Assembly (NCBI GenBank): GCA_963701965.1
Contig: OY969695.1
Span: forward strand, 4,448,001 to 4,512,000
Origin: an uncultured Gemmatimonadales bacterium
GTDB lineage: Bacteria > Gemmatimonadota > Gemmatimonadetes > Gemmatimonadales > Gemmatimonadaceae
Direction: 5' to 3'
DNA length: 64,000 nucleotides
In this document: positions 52,793-63,003 of the stretch, piece after piece
Layout of the letters: each line of letters opens with the position of its first letter
How positions within the stretch are numbered: the first letter of the stretch is position 1
Program-made: the position numbers and the translations under genes
Notes under the pieces: generated by a model
What the model saw: the letters and a program-made list of their open reading frames with translations, nothing else
What the model was told of the DNA's origin: nothing
The model's database searches: none

Positions 52793-54622
52793 CACGTCCC
52801 TCCAGGTATGTCCGTAATATAGCGCCTTTCGGTCTCAGGCAATTGGGCGGGTCGCCCCATTCGATCCTGGCGGAACGACCGGCCGATCCAGGCAAACGCG
52901 ACCCCCGCGACCGCCAAGAGCCCCCAGCCGTAGGCGGTCTCGCCGAAGACCAGCTTGCCGATCCCGAACAGGGTCGCGTAGACCGCAATGATCCCCGCCA
53001 CCCAGTTCGTCCACGCCAGCGCGCCGCCTTCGATCGGTTCCCGCCCAAATCCCGCGCGTTCAGCCACAACCCGCCATCCCGGGCCGCCCGGCCGGACGCG
53101 ACGGTAAAAAGCCTCCAGTACGCCAGCCGGTTCCGGCGACGTCAAGAACGTGGCGGCGACCCAAATCACGGTCGTGATGGCGACCGTCACGATCATGATC
53201 CACGCGTCGGCGTTTGGGTCGCCCGGCGCGAAGCGCCCGGGGATAACAGTGAGAGCGATGGACGACACGACGAGGGAGCCGATCATCGCGCTGATCTCCG
53301 ACCAGGCGTTGATCCGCGACCAATACCAGCGCAGGATCAGCACCAGTCCCGTCCCGGCCCCGACGGCCAGCAGGTATTTCCACGCTTGCTCGATCAATGA
53401 CAGCTGGGTCGTGACGACAATGGATAAGAGAAAGAGACCGATCGTCGCGACCCGGGAGGCCGCCACATAGTGATGATCGTCGGCGTCGCGCTTTACGAAT
53501 CGCTTGTAGAAATCGTTGACGAGGTAGGACGCGCCCCAGTTGAGCTGCGTGCCGATCGTCGACATGTACGCCGCCGCGAAACCCGCCATCATGAATCCCC
53601 GCCACGGCGTCGGCAGCAAGTCGACGAAGGCGTGGACATACCCGGATTCTTTGTCGACGAGATTGGGATACAGGATCACCGTGGCCAGGCCCGTCACCAC
53701 CCAGGGCCAAGGCCGCAGCGCGTAGTGGGCGATCTGGAAGAACAGCGTCGCCAACACGCCATCGCGCTCGGTCCGCGCCGCGAAGATCCGCTGGGCCACA
53801 TAGCCGCCGCCGCCCGGCTCGGCGCCCGGGTACCACGTCGCCCACCATTGGACGGAGAAAAACACGCCAAGGGAGAGCAACGGCATCCACGGGTACGCGT
53901 GGAACCCGTGCGCGTCGTGCGTCACGGGTAAGACCGACAGGGCGGCCGTCTCACTGCCGAAGTGGGCGGCGACTCCGGCTTTGAGCGCGGCGATCCCGCC
54001 GACGGCGCGGACGGAATAGACCGCCAGCACGATGACCGCCGCCATCTTCACGACGAACTGCACCAGGTCGGTCCACAGGACGGCCCAGAGGCCGGCGGCG
54101 ACCGCGTACACGGCGGTGGCCGCGAAGCAGAATGCTCACGGCCACCCAGGGCGAGACGCCGAGCGCGATCCCGAGAATCTTGATCATGGCCCGGGTGACC
54201 CAGCCCATGATGATCACATTCATCAGGACGCCGAGGTAGATCGCCCGAAACCCCCGGAGGACGGCCGCGGCCCGTCCGGAGTAGCGGATCTCTGCGAACT
54301 CGACGTCGGTCATGACATTGGCCCGGCGCCAGAGGCGGGCGAAGAAAAACACGGTCAGCATGCCGCTCATGACCATGTTCCACCACAGCCAGTTGCCGGC
54401 GACTCCGTGGTTGGCCACGAGACCCGTGACCAGCAGGGGCGTATCGGCCGCGAACGTCGTCGCGACCATGGAGGTACCGGCCAGCCACCACGGGACGTCG
54501 CGCCCGGACAGGAAGTACTCGGACAGGCTCTCGCCAGCGCGCTTCGTAAAGACGAGACCGATCGTCGTCGAGAACGCGAAGTACGCGGCGACGATGATCC
54601 AGTCCAGCGGTGTTATGTTCAT
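52792..54622 (-). CDS. Sodium:solute symporter; apparent 1-nt insertion at ~54131
   Basis: 'EYFLSGRDVPWWLAGTSMVATTFAADTP', 'LWTDLVQF', 'EPGGGGYVAQR'; frames join at VSI/CFAATAVY. Confidence 0.87.
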
Positions 54623-54628
54623 CCCCAA

Positions 54629-55870
54629 GTGACGACCAAGGCAGGGTGGGCGATAGCCGTTCTCCTCCTGACCTCGGCCTCGGTGGGGACGCGGCGCGCC
54701 TCAGTGCGGCCAGCCCACGTGCGGCCGGGGATCACGGTGCTCCTTGAGGATAGCGCCGCGCTGGTCCGGGGCAAGCGCGTCGCCCTCCTCACGAACCAGA
54801 CGGGGATCGACGAGCACGGCGTCTCGGACATCGATCGGCTCGCCCACTCGCCCGCGCGCCTCGTCCGGTTGTTCAGTCCCGAGCACGGGATTCGCGGCAA
54901 GGAAGACCGGGAGTTCGTCGCCAATGGCGTAGACTCGGCGACGGGGTTGGTGGTGCATTCCCTGTATGGGAAGACCGTGCTGGCGCCCCCGGACAGCCTG
55001 CTGGTCAATGTCGACGCCCTGGTCATCGACCTGCAGGACGTCGGCACGCGCACCTGGACCTATGTCGGCTCCCTCATTGCCGCCATGCGGGCCGCCGCCC
55101 GCAATCACGTGGCCGTGATCGTGCTCGATCGGCCGAACCCCCTTACCGGTGCGCGCGTGGACGGCCCGATGCTCGACAGCGCGCTCGCCGACACGGGGAT
55201 TCCCTATGCGCTCTACCCGATGCCGCTGCGCCACGGCCTGACCATGGGGGAGCTGGCGCTGTTCTACAATGACGCCCTCGGCCTCGGGACAGTGCTGCAC
55301 GTCATCCCCGCCCGCGGGTGGCGGCGGACCCTGTGGTTCGACCAAACGGGGCTGCCCTGGGTGCCGCCCTCGCCCAACCTGCCGTCGCTCGCCAGCGAGA
55401 CGCTGTATCCTGCCATCGTGGCGTTCGAAGGCTCGAACCTTTCGGTGGGGCGGGGCACGCCACAGGCGTTTCAGCAGGTCGGCGCCCCATGGCTCGACGC
55501 CCCGGCCGTGGCCGCGTCGCTCAACCGCCTGGCATTGGGCGGCGTCCGGTTCCAGGCCGACACGTTCACGCCGGTGTCGCCGACGGACGGGAAGTACGCC
55601 AACCGGCGGCTCAACGCGATACGGATCGAGATGACCGACCGCGATAAGTTCCACGCGGGGCGGGTCGCCGCCGGACTCCTGTGGGCCGTGGCGCGCGCCA
55701 ATCGCGATTCGCTCCGGTTGGATACGACGGCGTTCGACCGGCGGTTCGGTAGCGGCACGGCGCGCGCCGCGCTCGTGCGCGGGGACGACCCGAAGGCGAC
55801 GTTCGACCGCGTGCTGCCCGCGGTCACGCAGTTCGCGCGACGATCACGGCGGTTCTGGCTGTACGACTGA
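54629..55870 (+). CDS. Exo-beta-N-acetylmuramidase NamZ / DUF1343 family
   Basis: 'LLTNQTG', 'FSPEHG', 'SLYG', 'DLQDVGTR', 'VLDRPNP', 'RHGLTMGELA', 'WVPPSPNLP'; start uncertain. Confidence 0.88.
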   Translation: MTTKAGWAIAVLLLTSASVGTRRASVRPAHVRPGITVLLEDSAALVRGKRVALLTNQTGIDEHGVSDIDRLAHSPARLVRLFSPEHGIRGKEDREFVANGVDSATGLVVHSLYGKTVLAPPDSLLVNVDALVIDLQDVGTRTWTYVGSLIAAMRAAARNHVAVIVLDRPNPLTGARVDGPMLDSALADTGIPYALYPMPLRHGLTMGELALFYNDALGLGTVLHVIPARGWRRTLWFDQTGLPWVPPSPNLPSLASETLYPAIVAFEGSNLSVGRGTPQAFQQVGAPWLDAPAVAASLNRLALGGVRFQADTFTPVSPTDGKYANRRLNAIRIEMTDRDKFHAGRVAAGLLWAVARANRDSLRLDTTAFDRRFGSGTARAALVRGDDPKATFDRVLPAVTQFARRSRRFWLYD

Positions 55871-55889
55871 CACTTATTTCCTGGGGAGA

Positions 55890-56243
55890 ATGCTGATGCG
55901 ACGGATCGTATCCACGCTGGCGTGGGCTGCGCTCGCCACCACCACGCTCGCCGCGTGCCACCGGAAGGTCGACACCAACGCGCCGCCCGCGCAGCCCGCC
56001 GGCCCGACCTATACGCTCACGGTGACGAACAATCTGACGAAGGCCATCAACGTCTACGTCACCAGCGGCGGCGTCGACACCTTCCTGCGCCAGGTCGCCG
56101 CCTCGAGCAGCGAGCAGCTTCCGGTCAAGGGCATCCCGTCGGGCGCCGCGGTCACGCTCAAGGCGACGGCGATCGACGGCAGCAACACGTACACGAAGGC
56201 GAACGTCAACCTGAGCAACAACTACACGTGGGCGGTGCCGTGA
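55890..56243 (+). CDS. Small lipoprotein
   Basis: GGGGAG RBS; lipobox LAAC; beta-rich mature part. Confidence 0.8.
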   Translation: MLMRRIVSTLAWAALATTTLAACHRKVDTNAPPAQPAGPTYTLTVTNNLTKAINVYVTSGGVDTFLRQVAASSSEQLPVKGIPSGAAVTLKATAIDGSNTYTKANVNLSNNYTWAVP

Positions 56244-56252
56244 GTTAAGTTC

Positions 56253-56287
56253 TAGGGGCTGGCGCACATTGGCGGCTCCAGCCCCTA
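56253..56287 (+). other. Intergenic hairpin (no U-tract)
   Basis: TAGGGGCTGG / CCAGCCCCTA 10-bp stem ending 12 nt before the ATG at 56300. Confidence 0.45.
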
Positions 56288-56299
56288 TCGCTCCGACGC

Positions 56300-56974
56300 A
56301 TGACACGTCTATGGAATGCAATTAAAGACGGGTACGTCCGACTCCTGGAGCCGCTCGCCGCGTTCCTCGTCCGCCATCGCATCAACCCGAATTACATCAC
56401 GACGCTGGGAACAGCGTGCTCCATCATCGGCGGTGGCATTTACGGCGCGGGCCACATCCGGACGGGTGGATGGTTCCTGGGGATCTGCGCGTTGTTCGAC
56501 GTGCTCGACGGCACCGTGGCGCGGCGAACGGGCCGTTCCTCGCCCTTCGGCGCGTTCTACGATTCGACGCTCGATCGTGTCGCCGACGGCGCCGTGCTGT
56601 CGGGACTCACGTTCTTCTACGCCACCAGCCCGGTGCACCATAGCGGGCCGATGGTGGTCGTCTGCCTCGCCGGCCTCCTCGGCGGGTTCCTCGTCTCCTA
56701 CACCCGCGCGCGCGCGGAAGCCCTTGGCGTCAACGCCAAGGTGGGCTTCATGCAGCGCCCGGAGCGCGTGGTGCTGTTGTCCGCCCCGCAGGCGTTCTTC
56801 GGCCTCGCCCTCGACGGGTGGGTCCTGGCCGCCATCGTCGTTTTCCTCACCGTGACTTCCTGGGTTACCGCCATTCAACGTATCGTCGCTGTCCATCATG
56901 CCATGACGCCGGCCGCACCGGTGCCGGAGTCCGCCAAGCAACCCGCACCCGTCGTGATCGGGAGGAGCGCGTGA
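56300..56974 (+). CDS. CDP-alcohol phosphatidyltransferase (phosphatidylinositol-phosphate synthase-like)
   Basis: 'DVLDGTVAR..GAFYDSTLDRVAD' CDP-OH motif; 'VSYTRARAE', 'QRPER'. Confidence 0.9.
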   Translation: MTRLWNAIKDGYVRLLEPLAAFLVRHRINPNYITTLGTACSIIGGGIYGAGHIRTGGWFLGICALFDVLDGTVARRTGRSSPFGAFYDSTLDRVADGAVLSGLTFFYATSPVHHSGPMVVVCLAGLLGGFLVSYTRARAEALGVNAKVGFMQRPERVVLLSAPQAFFGLALDGWVLAAIVVFLTVTSWVTAIQRIVAVHHAMTPAAPVPESAKQPAPVVIGRSA

Positions 56975-58278
56975 CCACGTCCATTCGTCCGGCATCGGGC
57001 AAGCTCGGGGTCATGACGGTCGGGTTGGGGGCCGTCGCCACGACATTCATGGCGGGCGTCGAGCGCGTGCGCCGCGGGACCTCGCTGCCGATTGGCTCGT
57101 TGACCCAGATGGCGACGATCCGCCTCGGCAAACGCACGGAGAACCGCGCGCCGCTGATCAAGGATTTCGTGCCGGTGGCCGCCCTCGATGACCTCGTGTT
57201 CGCCGCCTGGGACCCGATTCCCGATGATGCGTATGTGGCGGCCGTCAAAGCGGGCGTGCTCGAGGCCGAGCATATCAACAGCGTCGCCGACTTCCTCAAG
57301 GCGATCGTCCCCATGCCGGCGGCGTTCGACCAGAAATACGTTACGCGGATCTCGGGCACGCATGTCAAGAAAGGCAAGACCAAGCGCGACCTGGCCGAGC
57401 AGATTCGTCAAGACATCCGCGACTTCAAGACCAAGCACCGCCTGGACCGCGTGGTGATCGTCTGGTGCGCCTCGACCGAGATCTATATCAAGGCCGGCGC
57501 GGCTCACGCGACGCTGGAGCAGTTCGAGAAGGCGATGGAGCGAAACGACGATGCGATCGCCCCGTCGATGCTCTATGCCTACGCGGCGCTCATGGAAGGC
57601 GTGCCATTCGCCAACGGCGCCCCGAACCTCACGGTCGACATGCCGTGTTTGATCCGGCTGGCGAATGAACGGTCGGTGCCGGTGTCCGGCAAAGACTTCA
57701 AGACGGGGCAGACGTGGATGAAGACCGTCATCGCGCCAGGCCTCAAGGCGCGCATGCTGGGTCTGGCCGGATGGTACTCGACGAACATTCTCGGCAACCG
57801 TGACGGCGAAGTCCTCGACGATCCGGCGTCCTTCAAGACGAAGGAAGAGTCGAAGCTGAGCGTGCTGCACAGCATTCTCCAACCGGAGCGCTACCCTCAG
57901 CTCTATCAGAACTTCTCGCACGTGGTGCGGATCAATTACTATCCGCCCCGCGGCGACAACAAGGAAGGCTGGGACAACATCGATATCGTCGGGTGGATGG
58001 GATACCCGATGCAGATCAAGGTCAATTTTCTGTGCCGCGACTCCATCTTGGCGGCGCCGCTGGTGCTCGATCTGGCGTTGTTCTCCGACTTCGCCCAGCG
58101 CGCCTGCCTCAAGGGCATCCAGGAATGGCTCTCGTTCTACTATAAGAGCCCCATGGCCGCGCCGGGGTTGCAGCCGGAGCACGATTTGTTCATCCAACAG
58201 ACGAAGCTCAAGAACACCTTGCGGCACTTGATGGGCGAGGAGCAAATCACCCATCTGGGCCTCGAGTACTACGCGTGA
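56971..58278 (+). CDS. ino1: Myo-inositol-1(3)-phosphate synthase
   Basis: 'GLGAVAT', 'WCASTE', 'NGAP', 'GKDFKTGQT', 'STNILGNRDG', 'CRDSILAAP'; GGAGG RBS; GTGA coupling. Confidence 0.93.
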   Translation: MTTSIRPASGKLGVMTVGLGAVATTFMAGVERVRRGTSLPIGSLTQMATIRLGKRTENRAPLIKDFVPVAALDDLVFAAWDPIPDDAYVAAVKAGVLEAEHINSVADFLKAIVPMPAAFDQKYVTRISGTHVKKGKTKRDLAEQIRQDIRDFKTKHRLDRVVIVWCASTEIYIKAGAAHATLEQFEKAMERNDDAIAPSMLYAYAALMEGVPFANGAPNLTVDMPCLIRLANERSVPVSGKDFKTGQTWMKTVIAPGLKARMLGLAGWYSTNILGNRDGEVLDDPASFKTKEESKLSVLHSILQPERYPQLYQNFSHVVRINYYPPRGDNKEGWDNIDIVGWMGYPMQIKVNFLCRDSILAAPLVLDLALFSDFAQRACLKGIQEWLSFYYKSPMAAPGLQPEHDLFIQQTKLKNTLRHLMGEEQITHLGLEYYA

Positions 58279-58706
58279 AAAGGCTCGGGTTCGTGTTGGC
58301 GCTGGGCGCGTTGGCGAATGCCTGCACGGAGACGTCGCAGGCCGGCGTCCCGCCCACGCGGCAGTGGACGGACGACATGGCCTTTGTGATTGCGTCCAAT
58401 CCGGCGCCGCCGCACGCGCGCGACACGGTGATGTTCATCGTCGTCGCCCGCGACAAGACGTCGGGTCAGCCGATCGAAGGCGCCGACGGGCGGATCTACG
58501 CCGAGACGAAGGACGGCGCGAAGACGTGGGACGGGTTCGTGCCGGGCCCGAAGCCGGGCACCTACACGGCCAAGCTCCACTTCATCGTCTCCGGCAACTG
58601 GGCGATGGGCATGCAGTTTCGTCGCGACACGACGAAGACGAAGATCGAAACGATGAACTGGACCCAGGAAGTCCGGGCCGCCCTCGACACGAATCAGGTG
58701 CGCTGA
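58275..58706 (+). CDS. Lipoprotein, Ig-like (YtkA/FixH-like)
   Basis: Signal + ANAC; 'GQPIEGA', 'PGTYTAKLHF..GNW'. Confidence 0.65.
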   Translation: MKRLGFVLALGALANACTETSQAGVPPTRQWTDDMAFVIASNPAPPHARDTVMFIVVARDKTSGQPIEGADGRIYAETKDGAKTWDGFVPGPKPGTYTAKLHFIVSGNWAMGMQFRRDTTKTKIETMNWTQEVRAALDTNQVR

Positions 58707-58708
58707 CC

Positions 58709-59014
58709 GTGCAACTCTTTTATCGGACTTCCATCGACCCGGCGGACGTCGTCGCCGCCGCCGATGCCTTCTTCGCCGCGCCGCCGCTGACCATGACGCA
58801 GGGCACCGGCACGGGTGGCCCCCGCGAACGCACGTACTCCGGCGCCCTCGGCACCGTGAAGATGCGCGTGCGCGCCGAAGGGGGGCACTACACGTTCGTC
58901 GAAGTGCAGACTGACCAGATCGGCGAGAGTCGTCTCGACCGGAACGTCAAACGCTTCTTCGTGACGCTCCACCGGCGCGCGGATCCGGCGCACGCGCTCG
59001 AGGCGGCGTACTGA
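58709..59014 (+). CDS. Hypothetical protein
   Basis: GTG start 2 nt after the previous stop; TGATG coupling to E1 alpha. Confidence 0.7.
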   Translation: MQLFYRTSIDPADVVAAADAFFAAPPLTMTQGTGTGGPRERTYSGALGTVKMRVRAEGGHYTFVEVQTDQIGESRLDRNVKRFFVTLHRRADPAHALEAAY

Positions 59015-60129
59015 TGGCAACGGCGGCACGGAGCGCGGCGCGGAAAGCCGCGGCGAGTGACGGGAGTCGGGCGCTCGACCGCGGCCAGAAGCTCGAGCTC
59101 TACTACTACATGCGGCTCACCCGGTCGCTCGAAGAGCGTCTGGTGAATCTCTACCGCCAGACCAAGGTCGTCGGGGGCTTGTTCCGGTCGCTGGGCCAGG
59201 AGGCCGACGCGGTCGGCAGCGCCTACGCGCTGGATCGCGGCAAGGGGGACATCCTCTCGCCGCTCATCCGGAATCTGGGCTCTATGCTCGTCCAGGGCGC
59301 GCAACCGCTGGAGATCATTCGCCAGTACATGGCCAAGGGCGACTCGCCCACGCGCGGCCGCGAGCTCAACATCCACTACGGCGATCTCGTGCGCGGATTC
59401 GTCGGCCAGATCTCGCATCTGGGCGACATGGTCCCGGTCATGGCGGGCGTCACGCTGTCGTTCAAGATGCGCGGGGAAGCGCGGGTCGGCCTTGTCTACG
59501 TTGGCGATGGCGCGACCTCGACGGGCGCGTTCCATGAAGGCATCAACTTCGCCGCCGTCCAACGCTGCCCGCTGGTCGTGATCGTGGAGAACAACGGATA
59601 CGCGTACTCGACGCCCCTCTCCAAACAGACCGCCGCGCGGGACCTCAAGGACAAGGCGTTGGGGTACGGCATCCCGGGTGAGCAAGCGGACGGCAACGAC
59701 GTGTTGGCGACGTACGCCGTCACCAAACGGGCCGTCGATCGCGCGCGGGCGGGCGGGGGACCGACACTGATCGAGCTAATGACGTACCGGCGCAAAGGCC
59801 ACGCCGAGCACGATAATCAGTCCTACGTCCCTGCGGGTGAGATCGAGCGCTGGGAGCGCGAGAACGATCCGGTCGACCGCTACGTCGCCGTGCTCACCGC
59901 TGAGGGCGTCAAATCGGCGGAGCTCGGCGCCATCGATGATCGCGTGCGACAGGAGATCGATGCCGCGACCGATGCCGCGGAAGCGTCACCGAATCCCGAG
60001 CCGGTCGACGCGCTGGTCGGCGTGTACGCCAGCCAGCCGGCTGTCGCGCCGCTGTGGTTTCGGGAGGGGGTGCGCTCGGCGGTCGCGGTCAACGAGCGTC
60101 CGGCGTCGTGGGGGACTCACGATGGCTGA
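59014..60129 (+). CDS. 2-oxoacid dehydrogenase E1 alpha subunit (TPP-dependent)
   Basis: 'GDGATSTGAFHEGINFA', 'ENNGYAYSTP', 'DGND', 'TYRRKGHAEHD'. Confidence 0.92.
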   Translation: MATAARSAARKAAASDGSRALDRGQKLELYYYMRLTRSLEERLVNLYRQTKVVGGLFRSLGQEADAVGSAYALDRGKGDILSPLIRNLGSMLVQGAQPLEIIRQYMAKGDSPTRGRELNIHYGDLVRGFVGQISHLGDMVPVMAGVTLSFKMRGEARVGLVYVGDGATSTGAFHEGINFAAVQRCPLVVIVENNGYAYSTPLSKQTAARDLKDKALGYGIPGEQADGNDVLATYAVTKRAVDRARAGGGPTLIELMTYRRKGHAEHDNQSYVPAGEIERWERENDPVDRYVAVLTAEGVKSAELGAIDDRVRQEIDAATDAAEASPNPEPVDALVGVYASQPAVAPLWFREGVRSAVAVNERPASWGTHDG

Positions 60130-61099
60130 GACCACGTATCTGGAGGCGATCCGCCAGGGATTGTTCGAAGAGATGGAGCGCGATCCGAACGTCTTCTGCC
60201 TGGGCGAGGACATCGGCGCCTACGGCGGTGCGTTCAAGGTCACCGAGGGCTTGCAAGCGCGGTTTGGCGAGTCGCGCGTGATCGACACGCCGATCTCGGA
60301 GGCGGCGATCGTCGGTGCCGCCGCGGGCGCGGCCCACATGGGCCTGCGGCCGGTCTGCGAGATGCAGTTCATTGATTTCATCTCGTGCGGCTACGATATG
60401 CTCACGAACTACGTCGCCACCGCGCGCTACCGCGCGATGCTCGGCTGCCCCATGGTTGTGCGGGGGCCGAGCGGCGGCTACGTGCGCGGCGGCCCGTTCC
60501 ACTCGCAGAATCCGGAAGCCGCGTTTCTGCACACGCCTGGTCTCAAGATCGTGTACCCGGCGACGGCCGCCGACGCGAAGGGGCTGCTCAAGTCGGCCAT
60601 CCGCGACGACGACTGTGTGCTCTTCTTCGAGCACAAGTATCTCTATCGTCGCGTGAAGGAAGAGTTGCCGGCCGGGGATTGGGTCGTGCCGATCGGCAAG
60701 GCCCGCGTGGCGCGCCCCGGCACCGACGTGTCGATCATCACGTACGCCGCCACAGTCTGGAAAGCCCTCGAGGCCGCGGAGCAGCTCGCGGCCGAGGATG
60801 GCATTTCGGTCGAAGTCATCGACCTGCGGTCGCTGCTGCCCATGGACGATGAGGCGATCGTCGCCACGGTCCAGAAGACCAATCGCGCCCTCGTCGTACA
60901 CGAGGACACGCGGACCGGCGGCGTGGCCGGCGAGATCACGGCGCGCATCAACGAGTTGGCGTTCGAGTGGCTGGACGCCCCCGTGTTGCGGGTCACCGCG
61001 GCCGATGTGCCCCTGCCGTATGCGCCGGCCCTCGAGGACTATGTGCTGCCGCAAACGGCTGACATTGTGACGGGAGTGCGCCGGCTGGCGCGCTACTGA
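60122..61099 (+). CDS. 2-oxoacid dehydrogenase E1 beta subunit
   Basis: 'GEDIGAYGGAF', 'DTPISE', 'EMQFIDF', 'HSQ', 'EVIDLRSLLP'. Confidence 0.93.
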   Translation: MAETTYLEAIRQGLFEEMERDPNVFCLGEDIGAYGGAFKVTEGLQARFGESRVIDTPISEAAIVGAAAGAAHMGLRPVCEMQFIDFISCGYDMLTNYVATARYRAMLGCPMVVRGPSGGYVRGGPFHSQNPEAAFLHTPGLKIVYPATAADAKGLLKSAIRDDDCVLFFEHKYLYRRVKEELPAGDWVVPIGKARVARPGTDVSIITYAATVWKALEAAEQLAAEDGISVEVIDLRSLLPMDDEAIVATVQKTNRALVVHEDTRTGGVAGEITARINELAFEWLDAPVLRVTAADVPLPYAPALEDYVLPQTADIVTGVRRLARY

Positions 61100-61107
61100 G
61101 GCGCCAG

Positions 61108-61356
61108 ATGGCGGAAGCGTCGGGTGCCGGGTCGTCGCGACTGGCTTTGGGGTGCGTCATGACGGTCGCCGGCTTTTTCAGTGCGGCCATGCTCGGCGTG
61201 TTGGTGGCGCGCATTTATAGTTGGATCAGTGCCTGCCGGTACGAGGAAGGCATACCGGCGTGCAACTGGTGGGTGTTCGCGGGAATTAGTGGAATTATCG
61301 GAGCAGTGACACTGCCGGCGCTCGTGCTGCGACGGCTACACGGCAATCGAGGGTGA
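61108..61356 (+). CDS. Small two-TM hypothetical protein
   Basis: GAGG RBS; two hydrophobic helices around a 'CRYEEGIPAC' loop; fills the operon gap. Confidence 0.65.
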   Translation: MAEASGAGSSRLALGCVMTVAGFFSAAMLGVLVARIYSWISACRYEEGIPACNWWVFAGISGIIGAVTLPALVLRRLHGNRG

Positions 61357-61360
61357 CATT

Positions 61361-62740
61361 GTGGCGCGTATAGATGTGATCATGCCGCAGATGGGCGAAT
61401 CCATCGCGGAGGGCACGGTCTCCAAGTGGCTCAAGAAGGTGGGGGATGTCGTCAAACGCGACGAACCCATCTTCGAGATCTCGACCGACAAGGTCGATGC
61501 CGAGATCCCGTCGCCGAGTGCGGGGCGTATCGCCGAGATCATCGTCGGCGAAGGGCAGACGGTCGCGGTGCAGACAGTCGTCGCGCGCCTCGAGACCGAC
61601 GTCGACGCCGCGGTCGGGGCTCCCGCCGCTCCCGCGGCAGCGCCCGCGGGCGGCGCTTCGCGCGCGCCCGCCGTCGCGGCGGCCAGCGCGAGTGCCGCAC
61701 CTGCGGCTTCTGCGACATCCGCGGCATCCGCTGGTCGCGGCGCGGGTGCCTCCCCTCCGATAGGCAGTGGCGCGAGCGGCGTGGGGAACAGTCATGGCAA
61801 TGGCACGTTCGAAGAACGTATTCGCACCAAGTCGTCCCCACTCGTACGCAAGATCGCCGCCGAGCACGGGATCGAGCTGGCGACGATCAGCGGATCGGGA
61901 ATCGCCGGCCGTGTGACCAAGCGCGACATCGAGGGATTGCTCGCTGCCGGCCCCGTCCGGGTCGGCCTGACGCCGCCGCCGCGCGCGACCCACGCGCCCG
62001 ACGCGCCGGCCGGGCCACTGCCCGAGCCGTGGGAGGGCGATGTCGTCGAACCGATGTCCAAGATGCGGGCGCTCATCAGCGACCACATGGTGATCTCGCG
62101 CCGGACGTCGGCCCACGTGACGTCGGTCTTCGAAGTCGATCTCACGCGCGTGGCGCGCATCCGTGCCAAGAAGCGCGCCGAGTTCGAGGCGGCGGCGGGC
62201 CAGCGACTGTCGTACTTGCCGTTCATCATCAAGGCCACGGTCGACGGCCTGATGAAGTTCCCGGCACTCAATGCGTCCGTGGCCGGCCACAACGTGATCT
62301 ACCGGAAGCAATACAATATCGGCATCGCCGTGGCACTGGACTGGGGCCTGATCGTGCCAGTGATCAAGCGCGCCGATGACCTGTCGCTGATCGGCCTGAC
62401 CCGGACGCTGAACGACCTGGCGGCCCGGGCCCGCGCCAAGCGCCTCAAGCCGGAGGAAGTCGAAGACGGCACGTTCACGATCACGAATCCCGGCGTGTTC
62501 GGCTCGCTCATGGGCACGCCCATCATCAATCAGCCCCAAGTCGCGATCTTGGGGATCGGCGCGATCGAGAAACGTCCCAAGGTGCTCACGGGCACCGACG
62601 GGGAGGATACAGTCGCCATCCGCACCTGCGCCTACTTCTCGCTGTCGTTCGATCATCGCCTGATCGACGGCGCGGTCGCCGACGAATTCCTCGGCTTCGT
62701 GAAGAAGTCGTTGGAGACGTTCCCCGACACCGTGCTGTAG
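61361..62740 (+). CDS. Dihydrolipoamide acyltransferase E2
   Basis: Lipoyl 'STDKVD', E3-binding 'SPLVRKIA..GSGIAGRVTKRD', catalytic 'DHRLIDG'. Confidence 0.94.
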   Translation: MARIDVIMPQMGESIAEGTVSKWLKKVGDVVKRDEPIFEISTDKVDAEIPSPSAGRIAEIIVGEGQTVAVQTVVARLETDVDAAVGAPAAPAAAPAGGASRAPAVAAASASAAPAASATSAASAGRGAGASPPIGSGASGVGNSHGNGTFEERIRTKSSPLVRKIAAEHGIELATISGSGIAGRVTKRDIEGLLAAGPVRVGLTPPPRATHAPDAPAGPLPEPWEGDVVEPMSKMRALISDHMVISRRTSAHVTSVFEVDLTRVARIRAKKRAEFEAAAGQRLSYLPFIIKATVDGLMKFPALNASVAGHNVIYRKQYNIGIAVALDWGLIVPVIKRADDLSLIGLTRTLNDLAARARAKRLKPEEVEDGTFTITNPGVFGSLMGTPIINQPQVAILGIGAIEKRPKVLTGTDGEDTVAIRTCAYFSLSFDHRLIDGAVADEFLGFVKKSLETFPDTVL

Positions 62741-62742
62741 CC

Positions 62743-63000
62743 GTGCCCCGGGAGCTGACCCTGCACCGGACGATCGTGACGCCGGCCGAGCGCGAGCGCT
62801 TTCTGGCGCGCGCCCGCGACCGGCGCACGCACTTCCAGTCCCACGGCTGTCAGTATTGGGTATTCGAGGAGGCCGATCTCGGCGGCGCGTTCATCGAGTT
62901 CGCCGAGTCGTCCACCGTCGACGCCCTATCCGCGGCCCACGCCGGCGCGCCCGACGAGCTCGGCGACGCCACCCGCATCTACCGCGAGGTCACGCTCTAA
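62743..63000 (+). CDS. Hypothetical protein
   Basis: Tightly packed 85-aa ORF within the operon. Confidence 0.65.
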   Translation: MPRELTLHRTIVTPAERERFLARARDRRTHFQSHGCQYWVFEEADLGGAFIEFAESSTVDALSAAHAGAPDELGDATRIYREVTL

Positions 63001-63003
63001 CCC

